In this document: positions 48,142-55,947 of the stretch, piece after piece
Position numbering within the stretch: position 1 is the first letter of the stretch
Layout of the letters: every line of letters starts with the position of its first letter
Source of the DNA: an uncultured archaeon
GTDB taxonomy: Archaea > Thermoplasmatota > Penumbrarchaeia > JASLWR01
Reading direction: 5' to 3'
Length of the DNA: 55,947 nucleotides
Assembly (NCBI GenBank): GCA_964430885.1
Contig: CAYSHM010000019.1
Coordinates: 1-55,947 of the forward strand
Made by a program: the position numbers and the translations under genes
The notes under the pieces: generated by a model
Seen by the model: the letters and a program-made list of their open reading frames with translations, nothing else
The model's database searches: none
What the model was told of the DNA's origin: nothing

Positions 48142-49788
48142 TTATTCCGTTAACCTCTTTGCCATATAGGGGCCATTTCTAACATATCCCATGTTTTTGT
48201 AATATTCCCTAACACCTACCCCTGAAGTAACAAGAATGGATTCCAATCCCGATTCCGAAGCAATTTTCTCGGCCCTGCTTATTAGCCCTTTACCGATGCC
48301 GTGGTGCTGTATGTTCCCAGAGTCCCTTTTTCCAATGGACGAACTCGGACCCACAACCTTTACTTCTCTTATCAATGCGGTTTTTCCTTTACTTATCTCT
48401 TCTCTCTGTTCGTCACCTTTTACTGACGGTATTCTGAGTCTCAGGAATCCATGCAGTATTCCCTGCTCATCCTCCGAGGAAATGAAGAACTCCTTTCCGC
48501 CGCTAGCCTCGTAGGATATGGTTCTGATGGACGGGTCTTCCAGGTCTTTACCATCATCCTGATACGAATCTGTGTGTTTGACCTTCAAATGGCCCCATTC
48601 CCTGCATCGGATACATGAACAACTCATTTCCTTTTGGTCCATATATTCATTCACTATCTGCCGGAGGTTGGTGTAAAGTATCCCGTCATCGATCATTTTG
48701 GCAGGAATGTCCCGCTGAATCCGCTGTATCCTGACATAGGGGGGGACCAGCTCCTTCATTTCGGCAATTAATCTAGTTATCACTTCAAGGGAATAAGGTT
48801 TGAATTCCCCGTTTTTCCACATTCCGTACAGTTTTGTGCCAGCAACTACCACCATGGGGTATATCTTGATCATGTCCGGGCGGAAATCAGGGTTAATAAA
48901 AAGTTCCCGGAACATTTCCAGGTCGTCTTCGGAAGTTTCACCAGGTATTCCCGGCATTATATGGTAGCATACCTTCATACCCCTGTCCTTGAGGACTCTT
49001 GTCGCCTCGATGGAATCCTTTACCGTATGCCCTCTTCCGAGGGCAGTCATGGCTCTTTCCCTTGTGCTCTGGACCCCCAATTCTACCCTTGTCGCACCCT
49101 GCTCAAGCATTCTATCCACGTGAATTGGCCGACAGTAATCAGGCCGGGTCTCAATGGTCATACCAGTACATCTGTGATGGGAGGTCTCATTAAATGAGTG
49201 CGCAGTTATCAGGTCTGGTGATTCCTTACGGAGATATGTCACCTCCCCCTCACTGCCTGCATGGTTCATCCCGTCAAAACATCTTTTCACAAACCACTCC
49301 TGATATTCGGGATCCCTGGCTGGAAAAGTCCCCCCCATGATTATCATATCAATTTTAGAGGTGGAATGACCAATCGAAAACAGCTGTTTGATCCTGTTCA
49401 CCGTTTGGAGATACGGGTCAAAGTCATTCATTGCAGCGCGCAGAGCCGCGGGTTCCTGGCCGGTATAACTCTGTGGGGTATTGTTGTCCACTCCGCCTGG
49501 GCAGCATATGCATTTTCCGTGGGGACAATTTTCCGGGGAGGTCATGACAGCTACAGGGGCCACTCCTGAAATGGTTCGGGTTCTCTTTCTCTGGAGAATA
49601 CTTGTGAGGATTTTCAGTTCCTCGTCATCATTAATGAGTTCCCGGGCGGTAGCCAGGATACTTGAATTGGTGGGCAGATCCGAGATGTTGAACTTTTTGC
49701 ATCCTTTTATCTTGAACTGCTGCAGCTTTTTCTTTCCGTCTATGGCCCCTGAAAGTATCTTTTCAATGAGCCAGTAATTTATGTCCAT
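48142..49788 (-). CDS. elp3: Elp3 tRNA U34 carboxymethyltransferase (radical SAM + KAT)
   Basis: RTISGVAPVAVM, CPHGKCICCPGG, IETRPD, ELGVQS, RIQRDIP, QHHGIGK, SGVGVREYY. Confidence 0.95.
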   Translation of the reverse strand: MDINYWLIEKILSGAIDGKKKLQQFKIKGCKKFNISDLPTNSSILATARELINDDEELKILTSILQRKRTRTISGVAPVAVMTSPENCPHGKCICCPGGVDNNTPQSYTGQEPAALRAAMNDFDPYLQTVNRIKQLFSIGHSTSKIDMIIMGGTFPARDPEYQEWFVKRCFDGMNHAGSEGEVTYLRKESPDLITAHSFNETSHHRCTGMTIETRPDYCRPIHVDRMLEQGATRVELGVQSTRERAMTALGRGHTVKDSIEATRVLKDRGMKVCYHIMPGIPGETSEDDLEMFRELFINPDFRPDMIKIYPMVVVAGTKLYGMWKNGEFKPYSLEVITRLIAEMKELVPPYVRIQRIQRDIPAKMIDDGILYTNLRQIVNEYMDQKEMSCSCIRCREWGHLKVKHTDSYQDDGKDLEDPSIRTISYEASGGKEFFISSEDEQGILHGFLRLRIPSVKGDEQREEISKGKTALIREVKVVGPSSSIGKRDSGNIQHHGIGKGLISRAEKIASESGLESILVTSGVGVREYYKNMGYVRNGPYMAKRLTE

Positions 49789-49866
49789 ATTTTTACATTC
49801 CTTTCAATAATCGCGTTATTAATTAAATCAAAAATAATACTTAATGATAAAGGGGCATAATTATAT

Positions 49867-51261
49867 TCATAACCTCAATTCCTCTCCCAATAGAAATTCG
49901 GGTTTGAATATTTTTTCCACTTCCTCACTGGACAGCAGGCCCTTTTCCAGGACCAGCTCCTTGACCGTTATCCTCCGCTCCAAGGCTTCCTTTGCCACCT
50001 CTGCCGCCTTTAGGTAGCCGATATGGGGTGCCAGGAAGGTTGCCAATGACGGATTTTTTTCAAGGCAATCCTCGCACCGTTCTCTATTGGTGCTGATGCC
50101 TTTTATGCCGAAATTCACGAAATCAGGCAGGTAATTGGACAAAAGCCTCATGGATTCAAGAATATTATGGATCATAACCGGCATCATCACATTAAGTTCA
50201 AGCTGTCCCGCTCCAACAGCCAAGGACACTGTTAGATCATTACCTATTACCTGAAAGCAGATCATGTTCATGCATTCAGCCATGACTGGGTTGACCTTCC
50301 CAGGCATGATGGATGATCCTGGCTGAACTGCCGGCAGTTTGATCTCGCCAAGTCCGGCGGTGGGACCGGAAGACAAGAGACGGAGGTCATTTGATATTCG
50401 TCCCAGTTCGCCAGCCAATGATTTCAATGCTGAAGAAAAGTCTGCCAATGGAACCATGCTCTGCATCGCGAATTGAAGGTCGGAGGAAGGACCAATCTCC
50501 ATTTTCAGCATTTTGCTGATTTCCTCAGTCGCTATCTTGGAATAATCTACGTGTGTATTGATGCCAGTTCCGGAAGCGGACCCGCCCAGTGCAACTATTC
50601 TCAGTTTTTTTACAGATGCCTGAAGCCGACGTCTGCACCATTTGATAGCTGAACAGTAGGCTTTGAATTCCTTACCCAGCCGAACAGGCATGGCATCCTG
50701 AAGGTGGGTTCTGCCGCTTTTAATAATGTCATGGAATTCTCGGCTCTTCTCATGAAAGGTTTTTTCCAAGTCTTCTAGAGCTAGATCCAATTCGGGCATT
50801 GACAGAATAATTGATATATGCATAGCTGTTGGGAAGGTATCGTTGGTGCTTTGACCCATATTTACATGATCATTCGGGTGGATGATGTCGTATCTGCCTT
50901 TATCATGACCTAATAACCCCAGGGCAAGATTGGCCAAAACCTCGTTCATGTTCATATTGAATGATGTGCCGGCACCAGCTTGATAAACGTCTATGGGGAA
51001 ATGGTTCCTGTGTTCTCCGCCAATGATCTTATCAGAGGCCTCTATGATGGCTCTTCCGATCTGCTCATCCAAGCTGCCTAAGGTCATGTTGGCCCTTGCG
51101 GCTGCCTTTTTGATCATAGCATAGGCAGTGATGAAGTTTCCATGGGCAACAATACCTGATGCTCTAAAATTCTGCACTCCTCTTTGGGTTTGGGGCCCCC
51201 AATATGAATTTATGGGGACTTTTACGTTTCCAATAGAGTCCTTTTCCACCCTGTATTCCAT
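49867..51261 (-). CDS. Class II fumarate hydratase / aspartate ammonia-lyase family
   Basis: GPQTQR, HPNDHVNMGQSTNDTFPT, GRTHLQDA, GSSIMPGKVNP; start ATG 51261 after AGGTGG; fumC versus aspA not resolved. Confidence 0.9.
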   Translation of the reverse strand: MEYRVEKDSIGNVKVPINSYWGPQTQRGVQNFRASGIVAHGNFITAYAMIKKAAARANMTLGSLDEQIGRAIIEASDKIIGGEHRNHFPIDVYQAGAGTSFNMNMNEVLANLALGLLGHDKGRYDIIHPNDHVNMGQSTNDTFPTAMHISIILSMPELDLALEDLEKTFHEKSREFHDIIKSGRTHLQDAMPVRLGKEFKAYCSAIKWCRRRLQASVKKLRIVALGGSASGTGINTHVDYSKIATEEISKMLKMEIGPSSDLQFAMQSMVPLADFSSALKSLAGELGRISNDLRLLSSGPTAGLGEIKLPAVQPGSSIMPGKVNPVMAECMNMICFQVIGNDLTVSLAVGAGQLELNVMMPVMIHNILESMRLLSNYLPDFVNFGIKGISTNRERCEDCLEKNPSLATFLAPHIGYLKAAEVAKEALERRITVKELVLEKGLLSSEEVEKIFKPEFLLGEELRL

Positions 51262-51496
51262 ATTTTTTCCACCTTTTATCCAATTAGATAGTTCATTACA
51301 ACTATGGAAGATAATGGACATATAGAAAAAATTTCCCTTATATTAATCTACAATCCAATTACTTCGAAAAAAAAAATGGACATTCCAAAACAATGGATTA
51401 AGTCCAATATTTAAATTGAAATAAACAAGTAATTGTTGCAGATCGAAATTGATACGGATCAAGCAGATGGTTTGAATGGGTAAGGATCAATATCAA

Positions 51497-54400
51497 TCAA
51501 ATGTCCCAATCATCAAGTTTTTCGTCATCTTTTTCGGCCTCATAACTGTTGTCAGCCCAATCCATTTCTCCATCATTCTCATCTAATCCCAATTCTTCCC
51601 AACTAATGCCTACGTCGAAAGGATCATCTTCAAATCTTCCAAAATCCTGCATGCGATCCTTTTTCCAATCCTTATCTTCAAACGGGCTGGAATTGTTCGA
51701 CGGACCAAAATAGGTAATATCTTCATCATCATTTTGGTCTTCAAAATAATCCTGGTCATACTGATCTTCGTTATCATATGCGGATACTTTCCAGTATTCC
51801 TGCTGATCCCTAGTTGTAGGTGATCTCTTTGGGCCGCCAGAGCGGGTATCCCTGTATAATTCATTATATTCACCTTCCCTTTTCTTTTCCTCCTTTACTT
51901 CCTCCTTACCTTTGATGGCGAATTTGGAATTTATTTCAATCTCCTGCTGTTCTTTCACTCCTCTCCTCTTTCTCCTCCTGCGAACTAGAATGATGAATAG
52001 GATCAGCAACAGCAAAAGAAAAACTGCAGCAATAATTATCCCGATCATATCTGCCCCTCCTAGTGCAAAGGTAGTGTTCACGGGATCTTCTTCTACAATA
52101 ACTTTCAATTCAACAGGTTCGCTCTCCAAACCTGATTGGTCTTTTACCACAAGCTCTACAGTGTAGGTGCCAGGTTTATCATAAGCATAGGAAATGTTCT
52201 TTTCCGTCAGCCAGGATGTTTTTTTCCCGTCCCCGAAAGAGAATAGATAGTTCAGATTGGATCCCTCATCATCCGACTGATGCGCCATGATGTGTGTTTC
52301 CTCCCCCTCGCTTATCTTGCGCTTGCTGATAGTGATCTTAGCCTCAGGATCACCTGAATCTATCTTGAACTGGAATTCCCTTGTCTCCTCTCGGTTACCT
52401 GCGAGGTCCACTGAATAATAGTATAGGGTTATGCCTCCGTCTGGTATGTCAGTGTTGTCCGAGGTGATGGGCTGTTTGTAAGGTATCTTGGTTTGGTCAT
52501 GATCGAACCAATAATATATGGTTTCCATATCATTGCTGTTTGAACCCAAGGTCAGTTTGATAGTGTTGTACCAGCCGTTTTCGCCATCGGGCTGCCTGGG
52601 TTCTTTGGTTATGGAAGTCAGAGGCGGAGTTAGGTCAACAGTGATGTTAAGATGTTTCACCTCTTCGGAATTATTGGCCTTGTCCATTGAGAAGTAATAT
52701 AATGAGTGGCTTCCCTCTTCGACAAATATTCCGCTTCCGCCCGACCGCGGCATTTCCTCGTTCCAGTAGTAATATGTGACAGCGCTTTCTTCTTCAGTGG
52801 TCAGATTGATGACTGGTCTGGTGATGTAGATGCCGTTGTTACCATTGGGTTCTTCGGGATAAACTTCCGCGAGGGTAGATGGAGGGATATTATCGCATTT
52901 GAAAGTTCTTTGTCTGATGTATTCCTCATTACCGGCAATGTCTATGGAGTAGTAGTATAGGGTGTGGATTCCTTGGGGGCCGGTTAAGCTCTCGGTGTAA
53001 AGATTGAAATCCTGTGTATCCCATGCGTAATATGTGGTGACTTCATCATCCGAATGAAGCTCAATGTTCAGGGTTTCAGTGTACCATTCCCATTCTTCAA
53101 CCTGGCTCTGATTCCCCAGGATTGTCAGCTGGGTGAAAGGTTCAAGGGTATCTATCTTGAAACTCATATTATGTTTATCTTCCTGATTCCCTGCAGGATC
53201 AATACTCCACCACGAAAAATCATGTTCCCCCTCTAAAATATTTACTTGTCCGTCATATATCTCCATATCTTCCAGATCCCATTGGTAGAATATCTCAACC
53301 TCCTCTTCAGCGGAGAAAAGATCAATATCGGGTTCGGTGACATACCAGCCATTGAAAAACGGGCCGTCCGGATTCTCCGGATAAATGTCAATCTGGGAAT
53401 TTGGTTTTGTTTGGTCGACCTTGATAGTGATACTTTTCACATTCTCATCATTCAGATACAGATCCGTTGAATAATAATGAATCGTGTTGATGCCCTCAGG
53501 AATTTCCACAGGGCCGGTGTATTCAATCTCCTCCTGATCCCCCTCCCAATAGAAATATGTAGAGCCATTTTCATTGGAGTTGAGTTCAAATGTGGGATTT
53601 GTAATATAATATCCGTTTTCACCATCGGGTAAAACGGGATCAAGAGATATTGTTGTAACTGGGGGTGTAGTGTCCATTGGTATGATCTCAAAATCGTAAC
53701 CTGCATTGCTGTCAGCAGTCACTACCATTATCAATGAATTGAATGATAGACCGAAACCTGCCAGGGAAAAGAATCCCTTGTCCTGGTAATCTAGGTCCAT
53801 CATTTCCACAGTGGATTCGCTGATCCCTGTCTTTATTAGGATCACTGCAAAATCATCGCCGCCGCCGTTACCCTGAAATTCCAAACCCAATCCGTCACTT
53901 CCACTAGTGAACCTGAAATAATCAGCGCCCCATCTCTTAACATCGGATGAATCGGACATGGGATATGATGAATAGCTCTCCTCCAAACTGACCCTGATAT
54001 TCAGACTGGTATAACCATACTCGCCATCATAGATATCATTGTCATCCAGATAATTGGCTGCAAGCCAGTTCAGATAAGCGTCTATAGAATCGTCGCTCTC
54101 GCCCAAGGAAGCCAAGGCGGATGAAACCCCGTAGAATCCATTATTGGAATTGCTGATAAGAGCTCGTGTGAATGCAGTTCCACCATATTGGTCGGCCAGA
54201 TAAGTGATATAGGCCGCGCATGACCCGTAATCATACATGTAATTATCAAACTGGGTAAGGTCGTTGTCTGTGTTGTATTTGAACGAGTTCAGATGGGATG
54301 ATACGCCGCCGGCATTGGAACCGTAGGTGGTAATTATGGCATAATCCGCGCACCCCTCATCTATCCAGAGTTCTTCATTTGCATCCTTTTTATTGTGGGT

Positions 54401-55093
54401 AAGATGCTGGAACTCGTGGGCTGTGATCTCATATCCCCATGAACTTATGTCAGCATTGTCAACATATATTCGATTGGGATATCCACCGTAAAAGAAACCG
54501 CCTAATCCTCCCTGTCCGTCAGATTCAGGATTATTTCCATCAGTATAGAAAACATAGATGTCGATGCTGTCCCTGTTTGGTGTACCGAATGCATCTGTTA
54601 CACTGGGCCATATCACGTTATCGAACTCATTCTTAAGGTTCTCCATGGTGGCAGATCCGGTTTCAACATATATCTCACAATGTACACCACTATTGGTATG
54701 GCTCCAGGCTCTAGTGCTTCTGGAGTCCAAATTGTAGGTCTCGTGGCCAATTTGTTCCGAAAGGTATTCTATATCCTCATCCATCCAATCTAGATATTTC
54801 ATTTTCCAAAAGGCAGATGCATCTATAGGTACTTCATTATCATAGCCCTTGAATTTCTGTTCATCTTGGACCCATTCCTCCATTTCCACGTACCATTGAT
54901 CAAAAAGCACATCACTCCTTTCAAGAAATATATCCTGTTTGGTTCTTTGCAAGTTACGTTCGATACCATCATTTTCAGAATATTCACTGATAATTGATAA
55001 ATCCTTAGTATTTGCCCCGAAGACAATATTTGAGGTTAACATTAGAGAAAGGAAAACGAACACTGCACCCGTAAGTTGGATTTTGCGCTTCAT
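51497..55093 (-). CDS. Membrane-anchored zinc metallopeptidase (M30/M6-like) with Ig-like/OmpL47-type repeats and PKD
   Basis: Signal peptide; AHEFQH...WIDEG; about five D.TPP.T..G.NG.Y..G.HT..YYS.D.AGN.E repeats; FSFGDG (PKD); TM followed by RRRRKRR; acidic tail. Confidence 0.82.
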   Translation of the reverse strand: MKRKIQLTGAVFVFLSLMLTSNIVFGANTKDLSIISEYSENDGIERNLQRTKQDIFLERSDVLFDQWYVEMEEWVQDEQKFKGYDNEVPIDASAFWKMKYLDWMDEDIEYLSEQIGHETYNLDSRSTRAWSHTNSGVHCEIYVETGSATMENLKNEFDNVIWPSVTDAFGTPNRDSIDIYVFYTDGNNPESDGQGGLGGFFYGGYPNRIYVDNADISSWGYEITAHEFQHLTHNKKDANEELWIDEGCADYAIITTYGSNAGGVSSHLNSFKYNTDNDLTQFDNYMYDYGSCAAYITYLADQYGGTAFTRALISNSNNGFYGVSSALASLGESDDSIDAYLNWLAANYLDDNDIYDGEYGYTSLNIRVSLEESYSSYPMSDSSDVKRWGADYFRFTSGSDGLGLEFQGNGGGDDFAVILIKTGISESTVEMMDLDYQDKGFFSLAGFGLSFNSLIMVVTADSNAGYDFEIIPMDTTPPVTTISLDPVLPDGENGYYITNPTFELNSNENGSTYFYWEGDQEEIEYTGPVEIPEGINTIHYYSTDLYLNDENVKSITIKVDQTKPNSQIDIYPENPDGPFFNGWYVTEPDIDLFSAEEEVEIFYQWDLEDMEIYDGQVNILEGEHDFSWWSIDPAGNQEDKHNMSFKIDTLEPFTQLTILGNQSQVEEWEWYTETLNIELHSDDEVTTYYAWDTQDFNLYTESLTGPQGIHTLYYYSIDIAGNEEYIRQRTFKCDNIPPSTLAEVYPEEPNGNNGIYITRPVINLTTEEESAVTYYYWNEEMPRSGGSGIFVEEGSHSLYYFSMDKANNSEEVKHLNITVDLTPPLTSITKEPRQPDGENGWYNTIKLTLGSNSNDMETIYYWFDHDQTKIPYKQPITSDNTDIPDGGITLYYYSVDLAGNREETREFQFKIDSGDPEAKITISKRKISEGEETHIMAHQSDDEGSNLNYLFSFGDGKKTSWLTEKNISYAYDKPGTYTVELVVKDQSGLESEPVELKVIVEEDPVNTTFALGGADMIGIIIAAVFLLLLLILFIILVRRRRKRRGVKEQQEIEINSKFAIKGKEEVKEEKKREGEYNELYRDTRSGGPKRSPTTRDQQEYWKVSAYDNEDQYDQDYFEDQNDDEDITYFGPSNNSSPFEDKDWKKDRMQDFGRFEDDPFDVGISWEELGLDENDGEMDWADNSYEAEKDDEKLDDWDI

Positions 55094-55404
55094 AGTTGAT
55101 CCCTCTTTGTTGGATGTTTACTTTATTTTTAATATAATTTCAATGTATGAATAGATCTTATAATAATTTGATTTTCTGTGAATTATTCGATTTATTCACG
55201 AATATAATAGTGTTATATGGATATTTAATAGACTTTACACCATTATCGATGGCGGTGAAAATTCGCACCGCTTTTACAATTATTTTATCAAATGATCCCC
55301 TAGGGTTATGATTAGCATAACACCTTAATAATAAATAGTATCAAGCAGTATTTAAAAGGTTTGGTATAACCTTTGTATCCACACTGCAGAATATTATTGG
55401 CCTT

Positions 55405-55947
55405 TCACATGCGGTCCCTAATATCATTCTGCAGATCAACGAGGTTATTACTTAGTTCCAGGATCCTGTTTTCTATTATGCTTCGTTCAGCTTCCTCAAG
55501 AGTTCCTGATAAGTCTTTCTTTTTCATGCTAAGTTCCTTTTGAATATCAATGGCTCTTAGTTTCAATCCTTTTATTTCCTCCTCTTTCTCGTTTTCCTTT
55601 TCATTCTTGATGTTTGTTTGAAGATCCATCAGTTCATTTCTGAAAAAGTTCATCTGCTGCTCCAGTTCTTCCTTTTCATAGGGGTTCTCTGAAACGTTCA
55701 ATTTTTTCTTGCAGGAAGTCAGTTTTATCTGGATATCAAGAGCCTCGTTTATCATTCGATCCAAAGCTTTGTCTGATGAAACGATACTCTCCTCAGAATA
55801 GTTTTCTTCCGTCCGTTCTTCCGATGAAGGCTCGTCACTCAATAACTGGTTATTATCAGCCTTTTCATCTTGCCGATCAGGTTCAGTTAATTTTTTTTTT
55901 CCCTTGGATTGTAGTCTTCGGGCATATATTCTTCACAAGCATAGCAG
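55405..55947 (-). CDS. Coiled-coil hypothetical protein, 5' end probably outside the window; apparent frameshift at an A10 tract
   Basis: Two similar helical units (ALDIQIKL.. / AIDIQKEL..); upstream frame CYACEEYMPEDYNPREKK joins across the 55891-55900 tract. Confidence 0.6.

Noticed and set aside
1-55947. Mobile elements, prophage, defence systems, tRNA or rRNA genes
   Set aside because: No transposase, integrase, viral hallmark, nuclease cassette or cloverleaf/rRNA-like segment was recognised by eye; a tRNAscan-SE or Rfam run would be needed to exclude small RNAs.

Overview
A chromosomal, housekeeping-rich window from an archaeon, most likely Thermoplasmatota. That placement is inferred from the psmB-aCPSF1 pair, GHMP-type shikimate kinase, CTP-dependent riboflavin kinase, DUF106/EMC3-cmk, Elp3, GGAGGTGA-type ribosome-binding sites and large acidic TSP3/PKD/beta-helix surface proteins. 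About 42 CDSs are supported. I found no tRNA, rRNA, CRISPR array or mobile element. The most interesting items are: (1) a tandem, translationally coupled pair of ATP-grasp proteins with ITPK1 (inositol-phosphate kinase)-like rather than RimK-like motifs; (2) a sulfur/redox cluster at 23.6-35 kb (methylthiotransferase, larB, THUMP-less ThiI, cutA, nadA, iscU, iscS, an Omp28-TlpA-CcdA triple fusion, a ubiquitin-like SAMP, an uncalled 51-aa Cys-rich protein and a divergent HTH-CxxC regulator); (3) unusual fusions or insertions (a C2H2 zinc finger inside FTCD, HhH on a CNNM/CorB transporter, FKBP with TSP3 repeats); (4) candidate non-AUG starts (ACG, ATT, ATA) behind strong SD motifs; (5) two homopolymer frameshifts. 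All family assignments are by eye from recalled motifs; no database searches were run.
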